Of a DNA stretch of 64,000 nt, positions 31,968-41,790 are shown piece by piece (the stretch's first letter is position 1; every line of letters starts with the position of its first letter). Under the pieces are notes generated by a model. It saw only the letters and a program-made list of their open reading frames with translations. It was not told the DNA's origin and ran no database searches. This DNA comes from Bacteroidota bacterium (GTDB lineage Bacteria > Bacteroidota > Bacteroidia > 2-12-FULL-35-15): contig JAHEXZ010000019.1 in the NCBI GenBank assembly GCA_023251835.1, positions 9,168-73,167 on the forward strand, written 5' to 3'. The position numbers and the translations under genes were made by a program.

Positions 31968-33821
31968 ATGAGTAACAATAACACCAGTGACAAGATTAAA
32001 AACCGCTTGTTAAAAAATGCTTCCCTGCTTTGGGGAGTCCAACAAGCTGAGCTGAGCGGATTCGATCCTGTTGTAAATATGCTTTTTGGCTCCTGCTCAA
32101 AAGAATTTGAAAAAATATATAATGAACAGGATGCATCTCAGGCAAGAGTTTTGGAAAGACTCTCTAAACTGCTTTTACCGGAAGTAAATGTTGGATCCAT
32201 ACCAGCCCATGGAATTGTTCATGGCAGACCCAATGAACCTGTTTCTATTTTGAGTAAAAATTCGCAGTTATTCTATAGAAAAAGCAGGCCTGCAAGTGAA
32301 AGCAGCTATAAAGAAAATTATTTTGATATTCATTTTGCCCCGCTTAGTGATGTATTGATAGTAGATGGAAGAATTAAATATTCAGTATCTCCACACGGAT
32401 TATATGAACACAAAGATGTTTATATCAAAGAAAAACTTTTTGGTTATGAAAATAACATCTCTAACAAACTCACCTGCTATCTTGGAATAGAGCTAAATTC
32501 AGCTATTGAAAACTTAGACAAACTTAGTATTTACTTCGACTGGTCGTCCAATTCTGAAAAAGAACGGCTGTATGATTCTTTACCTTTTGTAAGATCCTCC
32601 ATTGATGGCAGGGAAATTCCTGCTTCCACAGGTTTTAAAATGGGTAATCTGAATTTAAAAAGCGAGTTTGTGTTAAATGAAAGCAATGACCTGTTAAACA
32701 ATATTGAACATACTGTAGCTTCTTTCTATAAAAACAGGTTTATTACTATAGATATTAAAAATAAAAAAGGAGGCATTAATTCCATTGAAAAGAAGAAATA
32801 TCCTTTACACTTTCCTGACTTGTTTGGCCCCAAAAATTTAGATAAACTACAATCAGATTTACTATGGATTGAATTTAAATTTCCTTCTTATATTTCTGAC
32901 GAGGTTCTTGATGAATTGGTTTGCACTATTAACTCTTTCCCTGTTTGTAACAAAAAACTAAATGAATTAACATTCAGAATTCAATCAAATTTTAATATAG
33001 TTCCGTTAAGTACACACGAGGACTATTTATATAACGTGCAGTCAGTTAAATCATTCAATGGCGAACGCTATAATTCTATTAAAGTATCTGATACCAATAA
33101 AATAGAAAATGGCGAATATGTAGTCAGAAAGGGAGGAGTTGAAAGGTTTGATCAACGAAATGCCAAAGACCTGCTGAATTATTTAATTGATTTGCTTAGA
33201 GATGAAAGTGCTTCTTTTGCCCTCTTCGGGCAGGAAGCCATTTCAACCAATTTATTTGAATTAAACCAGCAATTAGCTGCGCTTGAACAAAAAGTAAAAA
33301 AAGGAAAAGGTGGGGAAGCTGCTAATTATTTAATGATAAAACCTAAATCAACAAAGGATAATATTTTTGTTGAATACTGGACTACTGCCGGTGAAAAAGC
33401 AAACAATATACGAATAGGGTCTAAACTACTTACCTCTTCAGCCATTGATATAAGAACAGATGAGCTTATTTTACTCTCTAATACACTTGGTGGCAGAGAC
33501 CCTCTAAACCAGTCTGAAGTATTAAATAATTTTAAGTCGGCATTAATTACAAGGGACAGGATTGTAACCACAGCCGATATCAAAGTTTTTTGCACTAAAG
33601 AGTTTCAGGGACAAGTGAAACATATTTCATTTGAGAAAAAATTTGAGGTGAGTGATAAAGCCAATGCAGGCTTTGTTAAATATTTAGAAGTAGAAATAGA
33701 GCCTGCCAATTATGAAAAATATAAACCTGAAGAATGGGAATCAATAGCTGCTATTCTACAGTCAAAATTAGAAACAAAATCATCTTTTATATTGCCTCTT
33801 AAAGTGCGGATCAAGAATTAA
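31968..33821 (+). CDS. tssF: T6SS-iii baseplate TssF
   Basis: IKNRLLKNA..LWG...FDPVV.ML, N.FPV.N, R.GGVERFD.RNA, LITRDRIVT..DIK.FC. Confidence 0.88.
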   Translation: MSNNNTSDKIKNRLLKNASLLWGVQQAELSGFDPVVNMLFGSCSKEFEKIYNEQDASQARVLERLSKLLLPEVNVGSIPAHGIVHGRPNEPVSILSKNSQLFYRKSRPASESSYKENYFDIHFAPLSDVLIVDGRIKYSVSPHGLYEHKDVYIKEKLFGYENNISNKLTCYLGIELNSAIENLDKLSIYFDWSSNSEKERLYDSLPFVRSSIDGREIPASTGFKMGNLNLKSEFVLNESNDLLNNIEHTVASFYKNRFITIDIKNKKGGINSIEKKKYPLHFPDLFGPKNLDKLQSDLLWIEFKFPSYISDEVLDELVCTINSFPVCNKKLNELTFRIQSNFNIVPLSTHEDYLYNVQSVKSFNGERYNSIKVSDTNKIENGEYVVRKGGVERFDQRNAKDLLNYLIDLLRDESASFALFGQEAISTNLFELNQQLAALEQKVKKGKGGEAANYLMIKPKSTKDNIFVEYWTTAGEKANNIRIGSKLLTSSAIDIRTDELILLSNTLGGRDPLNQSEVLNNFKSALITRDRIVTTADIKVFCTKEFQGQVKHISFEKKFEVSDKANAGFVKYLEVEIEPANYEKYKPEEWESIAAILQSKLETKSSFILPLKVRIKN

Positions 33822-34742
33822 ATGAAAACAGTCCCCTTAAAAGTTGATGGTATAGCTTCCGATGTTAAAGCCGAAGTTATAGGAGCAGGTCTGGTTGAAA
33901 ATGGCACCAGGATAGATGATATTGTTATTAAACCTGTTGGCATTTCACAACGTAATGTAAGAAAAGATGTACTCGAAATTTACTATAAACAGGGAGCTCC
34001 TGACAATGAAGAATACCTGTTTTTAGATGTTTCAAGGGAAAGTATATACGATACCTTACCCCAAGGTGTTTTTCATCAAGCCAAAATTACCGGAAGAAAA
34101 AGAACTTCCGATGATTTAATCGAGGAAATGAAACTGTTTAAAAAACAGGAAGAAGCCGCCAGGCTCTTTTTTCTTGCACTCGAAAAAGAATATGGCAGAC
34201 TCCGCTTATCAGAGGAATTAGAAGAAAGAAAATCTATTCTTGGTTTTTCAGAACACTATAAATATGACCTGTATTTAAAAATATGGCCTGAATTAAAAAA
34301 AATTGACCCAAAATATCTTCCCCTTCTGTTTCAGATTCTTCCTGAAAGCTACAAAATATCAGGTAACTATAAGCTAATTTCAAAGTTATTAGAGATTGTT
34401 TGTAATAAACCTGTTGATATAAAAAAAATAGAAAATTCAAGAATAAATTATGCCAATACTGTCCATAACAATTTAGGAAATTGTTTATTGGGGCTCAACT
34501 TTATTCTTGGTAACCAATATATTGACTTTGACCCGCATCTTGAAATTAATGTCAGAGAAATTGAAAGAAAGGAATTAGCAGACTTTTTGCCCAACGGCAA
34601 AATCAGAAAAGTAGTAGACCTATTATGTGAACATTTTTTTTCTTATTCGGCTGAAATTAATGTACTTTTGTTTTTGCAAAAAGAGGAAGAAGGTATCTAT
34701 TTATCGGATGGGGAAGTTGTAAGTTACTTAGGTTATAATTAA
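33822..34742 (+). CDS. tssG: T6SS-iii baseplate TssG
   Basis: D.KAEV, SRESIYD.LP.G.FH, EEAAR.FF; abuts tssF. Confidence 0.85.
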   Translation: MKTVPLKVDGIASDVKAEVIGAGLVENGTRIDDIVIKPVGISQRNVRKDVLEIYYKQGAPDNEEYLFLDVSRESIYDTLPQGVFHQAKITGRKRTSDDLIEEMKLFKKQEEAARLFFLALEKEYGRLRLSEELEERKSILGFSEHYKYDLYLKIWPELKKIDPKYLPLLFQILPESYKISGNYKLISKLLEIVCNKPVDIKKIENSRINYANTVHNNLGNCLLGLNFILGNQYIDFDPHLEINVREIERKELADFLPNGKIRKVVDLLCEHFFSYSAEINVLLFLQKEEEGIYLSDGEVVSYLGYN

Positions 34743-34756
34743 ATTCCAACGAATTA

Positions 34757-34784
34757 CGCCCTTTGACTTCGCTCAGGGTGACGC
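34757..34784. repeat. Bacteroidota REP-like element
   Basis: gccctttgacttcgctcagggtgacg resembles the CTTCGAC..CGCTCAG..TGAC repeat type; relatives near 35785, 35817 and 56880. Confidence 0.55.
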
Positions 34785-34849
34785 GAGTTACAAATGACTA
34801 AACATGTTTGTAATCCCGGAAATGTTCGTAATTCGATAAAATTCGTAGT

Positions 34850-35707
34850 ATGATTTTACTTTCATTTATAAATAAAAGCCAGTTTATACCAATTATATTT
34901 TTCACCATTGCTGTGGCATTGGCATCTGTTTTCTTTGCTTTAAAAACCTATAATAAATCCATAAGTTTTAAAGTATTTATGATTTATTCCATAATTACGA
35001 TTGTTGTATATGGCAGCTCCGGGTTAATTGGTTTTCTTGATATAGACAGTTCTTTAAAAGTTTTTATTATCTCTCAATTCCTGTTTTTCACTTTCGGGAT
35101 TGTACATTATATTTTTTTGAACAGGTATATTGCGGCAGATAACAATGGCACTTTTTTTCAGGAGGTTATTTTTACACTTTATATAGCTATCCTTGGTATT
35201 TTAGCATTCCAGCTAATTTATTCATTTACCCCTCTGGCAGAATATGCATTGCTATTTTCTGCCGCACAAATAACATTTTTACTGCCTTTTTTAATAATTA
35301 AATCTGCTGAGCTGGCAGTATTAATCCCTGAAAAAATATATACTAAATGGTATTTCCCGGATAACCTTGATATTGATATTCCTGAAGAGCAATTAGAAGA
35401 TAAAAACATTATTTTAACTGAGATTCAGGTTCAAAGAAGTCTTGAAAGCCCGGATGTTATACCTATTCGAGGAAGGGCTCCTCTTAAAATGGAATTTGGG
35501 TTGTATTTTGCCTTGGCAATTGCAGAATACAATGATTCAAATCCAGGTAAACAAATAAGAATAACTGATGATATGGATGCCGTTTATGGATGGAATTTCT
35601 ATTTTAAGCCTAAATTTTTTAGCTCACATGAACTTATTGATCCCCAAGTTTCAATCAGAGAAAATGGAATACGGGAAAATGATGTAATAATTGCAGAAAG
35701 GGTATAA
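34850..35707 (+). CDS. tssN: T6SS-iii membrane complex protein TssN
   Basis: Five N-terminal TM helices, then IP.KIY..W, RAP..M.FG..F...YN, W.FY.KP, N.I.ENDVII.ER. Confidence 0.85.
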   Translation: MILLSFINKSQFIPIIFFTIAVALASVFFALKTYNKSISFKVFMIYSIITIVVYGSSGLIGFLDIDSSLKVFIISQFLFFTFGIVHYIFLNRYIAADNNGTFFQEVIFTLYIAILGILAFQLIYSFTPLAEYALLFSAAQITFLLPFLIIKSAELAVLIPEKIYTKWYFPDNLDIDIPEEQLEDKNIILTEIQVQRSLESPDVIPIRGRAPLKMEFGLYFALAIAEYNDSNPGKQIRITDDMDAVYGWNFYFKPKFFSSHELIDPQVSIRENGIRENDVIIAERV

Positions 35708-35732
35708 AAAAATTATAGAATTTTAGATTTAT

Positions 35733-35890
35733 AGTATCTGTTTAAATTTTATTCGAAAAGAATACAGTGAATGCTCCCGCACATATTTCGACAGAGCTCA
35801 ATATGACCACGCACGAGGTCAGTCTGGGCTTGTCGAAGACGTTGGGCTGTTATAGCAAAATATTTCAATAAAATTTAAACAATTTCTTAT
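35733..35890. mobile_element. MITE-like element carrying a REP doublet, between tssN and tssK
   Basis: Perfect 15-bp IR tgtttaaattttatt (35739-35753) / aataaaatttaaaca (35867-35881); internal ttcgacagagctca...tgggcttgtcgaa pair. Confidence 0.6.
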
Positions 35891-35979
35891 AGATTTATAG
35901 AATTAAATCTAAGAAAAAAAACAACTCTAAACCTGTCCTGACGACAGGTCAGGATTCAACAACACTAAAATTAATAAGC

Positions 35980-37140
35980 ATGTCAGGAAAATATAACTTT
36001 ATCAACTGGGTAGACGGAATGAAAATAAGCCGCTCCCATTTTGAAGCTGAAGAAAATGCACTTATTTACCAGTTAGGTGAGGTAGCTTCAGTTGTGGTTA
36101 ATAAATTTAACTATGGTTTACTACTACCATCAACAGGCCTGGCATCTTCATTAAAAGTAAATCTTGATGTTGACCGGGCCAAACTGTTACGAATAAGTAT
36201 TTCAAGATGTAAAGCTGTTACTCCCGGAGGAGTTCTCATTGATATTAATGATCAAAACGAAGTTAACAAGCAAAATACCTTAGCTGCTTTATCCGAAGAA
36301 TTTAAATTAGACGACCTTACCAATGGCCGCTCCTACTATATTACCATATCTGTTAATCCTTATTCAAAAAATCCGATAGGTACACCAGATCCATCTGAAA
36401 ATCCTCCACGCTACCCTTTTGCTGATTATACCTATTCATTGAATTTGTTAGCTACAGATGATATGAATATTAGAGAAAATGGAGCTTATCATATTGCTAT
36501 CGGTAAACTTAAAGTGGTACCAAATGGTATTGAAATTGACGATAGATACATCCCTCCTTCATCCAGAAGTAATAGCCAGATTGATTTAGCTGAAGCCTGC
36601 AAAGATTTAGATGGAGCTTTGGGCCAAATGGAACTTAACAGCTGTTCAATAGTTCAAAAAATATACAAAAAAGAACAACAAAATGTATTGGCCAAAACTA
36701 TACTCTATCTTGTTGAAGATTTAGTTAGGTATTTAAGCACAACCGTTCACCATTTCCGGTGGCAGGTTCCGGAACAGCCTCCTGTTGCACTTATTGAATA
36801 TTTTGCAGCAATGGCTCGCCAGATAAAAAATTCAATTGATGCAAAAACCGGAACAGGAAAAGAAGAAATGCTGAATTATTTTCATGACTGGGTAGTTGAA
36901 ATTAACCAGGGAGAGTTTGAAGCAATTATTGACGAAATGGTAAATGTTGAATACAATCATAACGATATAAATCAGGCAATGCAGGTTGTTGAAAAATTTG
37001 TATTCACACTTTCTTCCATACTTAGCAAATTAAGTAAACTTGATTTTATTGGAGATAAGAAAAAAACTGGAATTATTGTTACTTCTGAAAAAGCTGAAAA
37101 TACAGACAAACCTAAAAAAAGAAATTTTTTAATATCATAA
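35980..37140 (+). CDS. tssK: T6SS-iii baseplate TssK
   Basis: INWVDGMKI...HF, NYGLL, C.AVTPGG..I, G.PDP.ENPPRYP, YIPP, Y.HNDI. Confidence 0.87.
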   Translation: MSGKYNFINWVDGMKISRSHFEAEENALIYQLGEVASVVVNKFNYGLLLPSTGLASSLKVNLDVDRAKLLRISISRCKAVTPGGVLIDINDQNEVNKQNTLAALSEEFKLDDLTNGRSYYITISVNPYSKNPIGTPDPSENPPRYPFADYTYSLNLLATDDMNIRENGAYHIAIGKLKVVPNGIEIDDRYIPPSSRSNSQIDLAEACKDLDGALGQMELNSCSIVQKIYKKEQQNVLAKTILYLVEDLVRYLSTTVHHFRWQVPEQPPVALIEYFAAMARQIKNSIDAKTGTGKEEMLNYFHDWVVEINQGEFEAIIDEMVNVEYNHNDINQAMQVVEKFVFTLSSILSKLSKLDFIGDKKKTGIIVTSEKAENTDKPKKRNFLIS

Positions 37141-37146
37141 ATTTAT

Positions 37147-37668
37147 ATGGAGCCATTAAACTCAAAAGACCGTCTTTGGGCCATTGTTAAACTTTCTTTA
37201 TTATTTCTATTAACCTTTATAATTTTTATAGTTGCCATATTTTTTGATTATGGAGGAGTTCCTTTAAAAGAAAACCAGCTATTAAAAGAAGAAAATAAAA
37301 AGTTAAAAGAGGAACAAGCGGAACTGAATAAATTGTTTCAGCAGTTAGATTCCGTATATGTTAATATATTAAAATTAGACAACGACCCCAATGGTATTAT
37401 AAAAAGCACTGTTGCCGGTCAAATGGTTGCTATTTCCGGCTTTGCAAAATCCGAATCAAAATTAACAAGCAAAATTTCAAATAATGCTTTTAATTCCTAT
37501 TCAATCATTCTTTCTGAGAAGCAAAAAACAATGGAAAGTGCCGGACTAAATAAAGATAAAGAAAAACTCGAAACTGAAATTAAAGATCTGAAAGACCAGC
37601 TGAAGGATATGAAAGAAGAGTTAAAGGATTGTGAAACCGAGTTAAGAATGGGTTCGAGGAATAACTAA
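37147..37668 (+). CDS. tssO: T6SS-iii membrane complex protein TssO-like
   Basis: MEPLNSKDR...F, single N-terminal TM, coiled coil ending L..C; follows tssK. Confidence 0.7.
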   Translation: MEPLNSKDRLWAIVKLSLLFLLTFIIFIVAIFFDYGGVPLKENQLLKEENKKLKEEQAELNKLFQQLDSVYVNILKLDNDPNGIIKSTVAGQMVAISGFAKSESKLTSKISNNAFNSYSIILSEKQKTMESAGLNKDKEKLETEIKDLKDQLKDMKEELKDCETELRMGSRNN

Positions 37669-37694
37669 TTTTTTTATAAATCAATTACAACACC

Positions 37695-38372
37695 CTAATA
37701 AAACCTAAACTTTCTTGGTTTATCAGAATCCTGCTCCTTTTGCGTTTCCGGAGTTTTGTTTTTATCAGGTGGTGTGTGTGTGTCTTCTGTTTTTAAATCT
37801 GCTGATTCTATGGCATTATTTTTATCCTCTGAGGCATTTTTTACCTGCTCCAATAGCTTTTCTTTTCCAATTGTAGTAAATATTTCTTTAGACGGTATTC
37901 GCTGCGTTATTAGTTTCATATTGTCATGAAAAAATATCAAAGCAAATGCAGGGTCTTCATCTTCACATATAAATTTTGAAATGGGGCCAAAAAATTCGCG
38001 GAGCTGTGCTGCATCACAGGTGGGAAGAAAAATGCGAAGTACTCTGGGGTCATAATAACGAAAATAGAGTTGTTTGCCATCTTCAGTTTTAACCATTAAA
38101 AAACGCCTGAAATGCCTGTGAAGTTCAATTAATTCTTTATCCGAAAGTATGTATATCCCCCATGATTTACCCCAGCCGGTATCAAGCACCCAATTAAGAA
38201 ACGTTGAATTTCCATAACAGCTGAAAAGATAGGGAGCCACCTCCGAAAGTTCTTCCTCTGGCTGCCCCTTGTACAACGACAAGCCTTCCGGATTTAGCCT
38301 GTGTGCTGCTTCCATTTCGCAATCTAACCTGGCTGCATCGAGTATTACTGAATACTTTGTATTAATTGACAT
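37695..38372 (-). CDS. DUF4123 T6SS effector chaperone/adaptor
   Basis: ILDAAR, SLY.G...L..VAPYL, WG..WGI, L.RHFRRFL.V...G..LYFRYYDPRVLR.FLP. Confidence 0.9.
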   Translation of the reverse strand: MSINTKYSVILDAARLDCEMEAAHRLNPEGLSLYKGQPEEELSEVAPYLFSCYGNSTFLNWVLDTGWGKSWGIYILSDKELIELHRHFRRFLMVKTEDGKQLYFRYYDPRVLRIFLPTCDAAQLREFFGPISKFICEDEDPAFALIFFHDNMKLITQRIPSKEIFTTIGKEKLLEQVKNASEDKNNAIESADLKTEDTHTPPDKNKTPETQKEQDSDKPRKFRFY

Positions 38373-38671
38373 TTGAATTTACTCGGTTGATTTAGATTGT
38401 AGTTATTACGTTTCTGTTATTATTGGTTAACGTAAGTTACAGATTAGTTTCTAATCCGTAAAAATTGAATTGTGTACCCAATAACATATATTTATTAATA
38501 TTTCGGTGCGCTGCACCTGACAGATTAACAATCGATTTTAATAATCCACAACTTACGTTAGTTAGTATGTATTGGGTACCAGTAGTTCGGAGAGCGTGCC
38601 TTTTCCTTTTTAATGTCTACGAACTATCTCAATAGCCCAATAACTCAATAACCACTAACTTAATAACTATC

Positions 38672-39454
38672 TTAAAGAACAACCACTAACTTTTTGTCTT
38701 TCATACATAGATATATTGGAAATGCCGTAGTAATGCCACTTTCAGCATTATAATACTGAAGAGGCGACCGGTTTTCATCATTTATTATGGTTACTAACTT
38801 CCCAAAAGCATGAAGTTCCGGTTTCTTCACCTGAATATCAAAATCAATAAGTTCGTTTGCCGGGTCTTCAAAAGTTTCTGCATAAGACTCACGCAGGCTA
38901 TTCAGATGGCTGTTTAGATTTTTATAAACAGAATCTGCATACACTTTATTTTTTATACCAGTAAGCCTGAAAATTGCATCTACATTTTTATTTTTAAGAG
39001 CTTTATGATATTCTTTATAAATATCCATAATTTCACTTACTGTCTGTTCATTAAGCTTTAACACGGGTGATGTACTCCAAAGAGGGGCATCTAATAATAA
39101 AGTTGCTTTAAACTCTTTTTTTGAAGAAATAACAGACTGCTTAAGTTTTTCATCGTTGTGGTAATCCGGGAACTCGGCAGAAGCCAGCAATTGGCGATTC
39201 TCTCTTACATCATTTATATCTCTATAATAGATTTCGAAATTTGTTTTTGTATGATCAACAAATTCGCTTTCATGTTTAGCAGGTGAAACAGATACCTGCA
39301 AAATATTTATTCCATTGATCAAAAGGTGATTGATAGGAAATTCAACAGATGTTGGCTTTCCTTCATTATCTGCATACAAGGGTATATCATTAATTTTTAT
39401 ATCAAAACAAGCAGATATAGCATTTATTTGCAGCGTATAATAAGTTTGATTCAT
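38672..39454 (-). CDS. Hypothetical protein, candidate T6SS immunity protein
   Basis: No signal peptide; starts 9 bp after the candidate effector; C.FDIKINDIP...PIN.L N-terminus; role inferred from position only. Confidence 0.5.
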   Translation of the reverse strand: MNQTYYTLQINAISACFDIKINDIPLYADNEGKPTSVEFPINHLLINGINILQVSVSPAKHESEFVDHTKTNFEIYYRDINDVRENRQLLASAEFPDYHNDEKLKQSVISSKKEFKATLLLDAPLWSTSPVLKLNEQTVSEIMDIYKEYHKALKNKNVDAIFRLTGIKNKVYADSVYKNLNSHLNSLRESYAETFEDPANELIDFDIQVKKPELHAFGKLVTIINDENRSPLQYYNAESGITTAFPIYLCMKDKKLVVVL

Positions 39455-39463
39455 GATAAATGA

Positions 39464-41047
39464 TTATGGTTTTTTAAAATCATAACTAAAAAATTCGTAT
39501 TTGCTTTCAAACGTTTTTTTATAAAGTTCATGTTTACCCTCAGGCCCATATCCCGCGTGAGAACCATACTTATTGTGTCCTGTATCACTATGAGCTCCAC
39601 CAAATGAGTTCATTCCACTCCACCAAATGGACAAATCGAGCATTCCACCCACACAATTTAACACTTTTGAATTCGAGACATAGCTTATTGCAACTTCAAA
39701 TCCGCTTTCAACACCTACCTTATACTCCATAGTAGCGTGGACTATCCATATATCTGTGTCAACCCTAAGAACAGTTAATTCGGCTGCAAGTGGAATTTTT
39801 CCTTTTATTTTACCGGTGACATTTTCTATTTCTCTGTTTTTGATAACAAGTTCAATTTCTCCGGCAATTTCAACTCCGGCCTTAAGAACTAATTCTAAAA
39901 AACCATCCACCAATCTTTGCTTAATTTTTTGAAAAACTATGCCCCCTGGCAGAGATTGTAATACTGTTGTTGTAATATTCCATTCCAGAAAAAAACCAAT
40001 AAGGGGATTTGTTTCAAGTTTTATTTTGCCTTCATAAGTAACGGTAGGCAAACCGGAATCCTCTTGCCAGGAGCCACCAACGTGGAGATCTACCACGGGT
40101 AATTTTATACCGAGCGCCACAGGGCTATCAAAAATCTGAGTTACACCAGCCGCATCTTTTTTTCCCTTTATTTGTGATAGTGCCACCTTGGCCTTATCTA
40201 CAATTTTACCAACCTTTTCTAATGTTTCAATTGTTTTTTGAAAAACAACTTCAACCTTATGTTCATGGCCATCGTACTTTATTTCTCCCCCAACACGCAC
40301 TCCTTTTTTTACTTCCGTAGATTTTTCCTGGGTTGTAGTTGTTTTTATCCTACCCATTCCATTTCGGGCATCGGCTCTTGCCGCTTTTCTATTTCCTGGT
40401 GTTTGCTCAACCTCTACCCTGTCATCAGTCCACCCTTTTTTTTCTCCGAAGTTAAAACCAATAAATACATCAGTTTCAGTATCAGGGTAAACTTCAATGG
40501 TAACAGATTCGCTAAGATGCCCACATCGGTTAGCATTAATGGAATATTTGTCAGTAGCTAATCCCCAGGGAAACAACTGAATACGGGTACTGGAAGTAAC
40601 ATCAAGTTCCAATTTATTTTCAGTGCTGGATGGTAATATTTTGAAGGTATTACTACCTGTATTAAAGCTGCGTTTATTGTTGTGGGTTTCAGGGCAAGGT
40701 CCTGCGGGGCCTTTTAACTCAACAGATACTTTTGCTGGTTTATTTTTAAAACCCGCTACAATTCCAATCGTTCTTTGGGTAGCGTTGGTGGAACGTGATA
40801 CAATCAGATCAAATTTACGTTCGGGTTTAGTTACTTTAACAGCAGTAAAGTTACATACCTTGTTATTAGGATCATTTTTGGGTGCAGGTTTGTTGGCTAA
40901 AGGACAATTCTGCACAGATGTTGATGGAGGTACATTGGTGGTATTTTTAGCAATATTCTTTTTAACATCTTTAGTAAGATCTGCATCTGATTTTGCCGGT
41001 GGTGGATACCAATGACCATTAGAAGGTGTATTAACGGGTTCTGCCAT
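39464..41047 (-). CDS. Hypothetical 527-aa protein, candidate T6SS effector
   Basis: Long ORF between PAAR and DUF4123 genes; Pro-rich N-terminus with VQNCP; no recognisable catalytic motif. Confidence 0.55.
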   Translation of the reverse strand: MAEPVNTPSNGHWYPPPAKSDADLTKDVKKNIAKNTTNVPPSTSVQNCPLANKPAPKNDPNNKVCNFTAVKVTKPERKFDLIVSRSTNATQRTIGIVAGFKNKPAKVSVELKGPAGPCPETHNNKRSFNTGSNTFKILPSSTENKLELDVTSSTRIQLFPWGLATDKYSINANRCGHLSESVTIEVYPDTETDVFIGFNFGEKKGWTDDRVEVEQTPGNRKAARADARNGMGRIKTTTTQEKSTEVKKGVRVGGEIKYDGHEHKVEVVFQKTIETLEKVGKIVDKAKVALSQIKGKKDAAGVTQIFDSPVALGIKLPVVDLHVGGSWQEDSGLPTVTYEGKIKLETNPLIGFFLEWNITTTVLQSLPGGIVFQKIKQRLVDGFLELVLKAGVEIAGEIELVIKNREIENVTGKIKGKIPLAAELTVLRVDTDIWIVHATMEYKVGVESGFEVAISYVSNSKVLNCVGGMLDLSIWWSGMNSFGGAHSDTGHNKYGSHAGYGPEGKHELYKKTFESKYEFFSYDFKKP

Positions 41048-41067
41048 AGCTTTATTTTTTTATGATA

Positions 41068-41421
41068 CTAAGATAACTGATTGCGTTTATATACTTCTTT
41101 ACAAATCTGAACTATTTTATCGTCTTCATTACGTTCCGGCCAGGTGAGTATCTCAATCGCCCATTGTGGCATACGTGGATGAAAATAGTTGGGATTTTCA
41201 GCAACTGTAAGTATATACATGAAAACATTTTTAGAGTCATATATACCATAATTGTTTGCCATTTTTATTTTGCTTAAAATAAAAGTTTCCCACTCACCAT
41301 CAGGCCGGGTTGCATATACTTCCGGATGTTCATCTTTGATAAGTTTTTTACAGGATAATACAAAATCCCGGAATTTAATATCATTAATTTGTTCAAGCTG
41401 TTGTTTTTTGATGATAAGCAT
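41068..41421 (-). CDS. Small hypothetical protein, candidate co-chaperone of the PAAR/DUF4123 module
   Basis: 117 aa, MLIIKKQQLE...F...A..YGI...WA.EIL; located between PAAR and the candidate effector. Confidence 0.55.
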   Translation of the reverse strand: MLIIKKQQLEQINDIKFRDFVLSCKKLIKDEHPEVYATRPDGEWETFILSKIKMANNYGIYDSKNVFMYILTVAENPNYFHPRMPQWAIEILTWPERNEDDKIVQICKEVYKRNQLS

Positions 41422-41474
41422 GATAATTTCAGATGTTTGATTTTGTAATTGCTGTCATCAACTTTATAAATAAT

Positions 41475-41790
41475 TTAATTCAATTTCAATCCATGTTTAA
41501 AAAGAAATTCTATGTATTCCCACATTTGAATAACACTTGTTTCTGCAGAAGAATAAGGATATAGCATTCCTTTAAATAGTTTATGTTCCGCTTTATATTT
41601 TTCAAACATTTTTATATTTGAATTAAATACGCAAAATTCAACGTTTGCAATCCTGTCGGCAAGTTTTAATGGAATTGACTTTGCATTGGATTGTAATTTT
41701 TTATAGACCTGCATTTTTCTTTCTTCTCTTTTTAGACTCTTATCGTCAGTGACAGCCCAAACATGTTCAGCTATTTCTTTTCCAAAACAG
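41475..41790 (-). pseudogene. N-terminally truncated RelA/SpoT-type HD hydrolase (small alarmone hydrolase-like)
   Basis: FG.EIA..V.AVTDDK...RK...KLADRIAN is present; the upstream HD metal-binding half is absent and replaced by the PAAR 3' end in another frame. Confidence 0.68.

Noticed and set aside
23033-37668. Prophage tail or eCIS interpretation
   Set aside because: TssN/TssO/TssK and Bacteroidota-type TssB/C/D indicate T6SS-iii; no capsid, terminase, tape-measure or Afp-type genes
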